Sequence record: PZ445417.1
Direction: 5' to 3' (one strand)
Source of the DNA: a phage
DNA: 44,550 bases
Below, piece by piece: positions 42,728-44,550 of the stretch (positions within the stretch are counted from its first letter, which is position 1; the number at the start of each line of letters is the position of its first letter). The position numbers were made by a program, and so were the translations under genes. The notes under the pieces are model-generated. The model was not told the DNA's origin, made no database searches, and saw nothing but the letters and a program-made list of their open reading frames with translations.

Positions 42728-43870
42728 ATGCACCCGCAAACTAAAATCACCGACGAGCAATTGATCGCCGAGTTGCAATCCGGCACTACCGCGAAAGAGA
42801 TTGCGAAGAAGTACGGTCTTTCCCTCCGAAATGTCTACATGCGAAAAGCCCGCCTGTCGAAGAAAGGGATTGGTCACGGTAACGATGCCGTAATCCGTAA
42901 GCGCGTTGCCGATGGCTTTGGCGTTAAGCGCGTATCCGCCCTGGTGCGCGGAAATGGCGAAGAAGTCATGTCGTGGGTTATCACTGAGCAGGACAAGGAG
43001 CGCCAGCTTGAGGCAATGCGCGCCGTTGTCGAGGGTATGAACAGCGAAATCACACCGGCAGCACCAGTAAGCGCCCCACCAGTCCCGATCCAGGCACTTG
43101 ACCTACTCAACCTGTATACCGTGTCCGACTTCCACCTGGGCATGTTGGCCTGGGGCGAGGAGACTGGAGAAGACTGGGATATGGCGATCGCCGAAGACCT
43201 GTTCTACCGCTGGTTTGTCGAAGCCTTCGCACGCGCCCCGGACGCAGGCACTGCCGTAATTAATATCCTCGGAGATATGGCGCATTTTGATAGCCTCGAT
43301 GCCGTCACCCCGGCCAGTGGTCACGTACTGGACGCGGATACCCGCTACCAGAAGCTGGTCCGCTACATGATTCGCATGGTGCGCAACGTGGTAGACCTGG
43401 CGCTGCAAAAGCACCACAAAGTCAAACTGCTAATTGTCCAGGGCAATCATGACGAGTCTGGCATGATTTGGCTTGCGGAGATGTTCAATACCCTGTACGA
43501 GAACGAGCCGCGCGTCGATGTGGACACGTCCCCGGACGTATACAAAATGGTGCAGCACGGTAAAACAACGCTGTTCTTCCACCACGGGCACAAAGCGCGC
43601 TTCGATGCTATCGAAACCGTCATGATTTCTAAATTCAGACAGGCTTTCGGATCCAGCGAGTACAGCTACGCGCATGTAGGCCACTTGCATCACCAGAAGA
43701 TTGTTGAATCCCGCAACATGATTGTTGAACAGCACCGGACTCTCGCAGCGAAAGACGCCTACGCCAGTCGTGGCGGTTGGATGTCCGGTCGCAGCGCCAA
43801 CGTCATTACCTACAGCGCCAACTACGGCGAAGTAGCACGCTTAACCATTAGCCCGGAAATGTTGAAGTAA
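42728..43870 (+). CDS. HTH domain fused to a calcineurin-like metallophosphoesterase
   Basis: 380 aa, AGGAAG RBS. N-terminal HTH (TTAKEIAKKYGLSLRNVYMRK). Phosphoesterase-like motifs in the canonical order: DFH, GDMAHFD, GNHDE, HHGH, GHLHH. Confidence 0.6.
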   Translation: MHPQTKITDEQLIAELQSGTTAKEIAKKYGLSLRNVYMRKARLSKKGIGHGNDAVIRKRVADGFGVKRVSALVRGNGEEVMSWVITEQDKERQLEAMRAVVEGMNSEITPAAPVSAPPVPIQALDLLNLYTVSDFHLGMLAWGEETGEDWDMAIAEDLFYRWFVEAFARAPDAGTAVINILGDMAHFDSLDAVTPASGHVLDADTRYQKLVRYMIRMVRNVVDLALQKHHKVKLLIVQGNHDESGMIWLAEMFNTLYENEPRVDVDTSPDVYKMVQHGKTTLFFHHGHKARFDAIETVMISKFRQAFGSSEYSYAHVGHLHHQKIVESRNMIVEQHRTLAAKDAYASRGGWMSGRSANVITYSANYGEVARLTISPEMLK

Positions 43871-43901
43871 CGGCGACCCGTAACCCTCCCAGCCTGCCGA
43901 T

Positions 43902-43930
43902 TTGGTGGGCTTTTTTGTGCCTGTTATAAT
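43902..43930 (+). promoter_or_regulatory. extended -10 promoter upstream of the small terminase gene
   Basis: TTGGTG, 17 bp, TGT-TATAAT. Confidence 0.4.
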
Positions 43931-43999
43931 CCCCTTAGATGGCAGGGCCGTCTCCTATGTTGCCGATGGTCGGCGCATATGAACAAAAGGGCTTATATC

Positions 44000-44550
44000 A
44001 TGGCAGAAATCAAAGTTAAGGGCCGACGCGCCAAACTGGACGGACGAGTAGCAGTAACCCCGCGCCGTAAACCAGGCGAGCAAACCGAGCACACCAATCT
44101 TGGACCTGAAATCGAGTACGGGAAGCGACGTAAAGGCGGCAAATGTGGACGCCCTACTGACTACAGATCCGTTTACTGCGACCAGCTTCGCCGCTATTTT
44201 GCCGACGCCGACGCCTGGCAGGTCAACTACTCCGATAAAGGCGCTGCGCAAGTAATCCCCCGCAACAAAATGCCAACCTTCGGTCGATTTGCCGCGGAAA
44301 TCGGTGTGGGCGTAGCTTGCCTGTATCGCTGGGCGCGCGCACATGAGGAGTTCGCCGAGGCGATGGCTGACGCGATGGAGTTGCAGAAAACTTTCCTGAT
44401 GGAAGCTGGCGGCGTGACCATCGCGGCTGGCTTCGCGACCTTCCTGCTTAAAGCTAACCACGGCATCCGGGACGATATTCCGCTGGATGACGACGAAGAT
44501 GATAACGGCGACGTAGTTGTCGAACCTTCCGGCAAAGGCCAGGGTGAATA
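44000..44550 (+). CDS. terS: terminase small subunit (3' end runs off the window)
   Basis: ATG with AAAGGG RBS. Open to the last base (183 codons plus 2 nt). HTH-like segment FAAEIGVGVACLYRWARAHEEF. Bases 44549-44550 plus base 1 form TAA, overlapping the terL ATG. Confidence 0.6.
   Translation, partial: MAEIKVKGRRAKLDGRVAVTPRRKPGEQTEHTNLGPEIEYGKRRKGGKCGRPTDYRSVYCDQLRRYFADADAWQVNYSDKGAAQVIPRNKMPTFGRFAAEIGVGVACLYRWARAHEEFAEAMADAMELQKTFLMEAGGVTIAAGFATFLLKANHGIRDDIPLDDDEDDNGDVVVEPSGKGQGE

Noticed and set aside
43885-43917. Terminator after the phosphoesterase gene
   Set aside because: Only a 4-bp CCCA/TGGG stem can be formed before the T-run, which is too weak to call. The T-rich stretch is more likely part of the promoter spacer for terS.
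43955-44461. 168-aa minus-strand ORF overlapping the small terminase region
   Set aside because: Antisense to the terS ORF, which has an RBS and promoter and is coupled to terL; no signals support the minus-strand ORF.
1-44550. Lysogeny module (integrase, repressor, attP) and tRNA genes
   Set aside because: No ORF shows tyrosine or serine recombinase motifs or a CI-like repressor, and no cloverleaf-like tRNA structure was found by eye. The genome is treated as that of a virulent phage, though a systematic tRNA scan was not possible.

Overview
The window reads as a complete, circularly closed genome (about 44.5 kb, linearised at the large-terminase start) of a tailed dsDNA phage with a lambda-like non-contractile tail module, probably virulent and infecting a Gram-negative host. 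Three blocks are visible. (1) 1-23.5 kb, plus strand: terminase large subunit, portal, head morphogenesis protein, an overlapping Rz/Rz1 spanin pair, scaffold, major capsid, connector proteins, major tail protein, tail chaperone with a -1 frameshift extension, tape measure, L/K/I/J-like tail tip proteins and a tail fibre with a C-terminal chaperone domain. Two minus-strand inserts interrupt it: an unknown 254-aa gene (4453-5217) and a small lipoprotein (21088-21306). (2) 23.5-35.9 kb, minus strand: DNA metabolism genes including family A DNA polymerase, helicase, a Cas4-like exonuclease, an SSB-like protein, two methyltransferase-like genes, a VRR-NUC nuclease and a HAD phosphatase. (3) 35.9-44.5 kb, plus strand: HTH protein, primase/helicase, a 535-bp repeat-rich non-coding region, small unknown genes, holin and endolysin, an HTH-metallophosphoesterase and the small terminase. 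No integrase, repressor, tRNA or CRISPR array was seen. The most unusual signals are a duplicated ~160-bp CGGGACA-iteron plus hairpin element at two distant loci, a recurring ATTGGTTGCA promoter-like motif, a candidate antisense small RNA in the early control region, and two proteins with charged tandem-repeat tails. All protein family calls rest on motifs read by eye and on recall; no database search was run.
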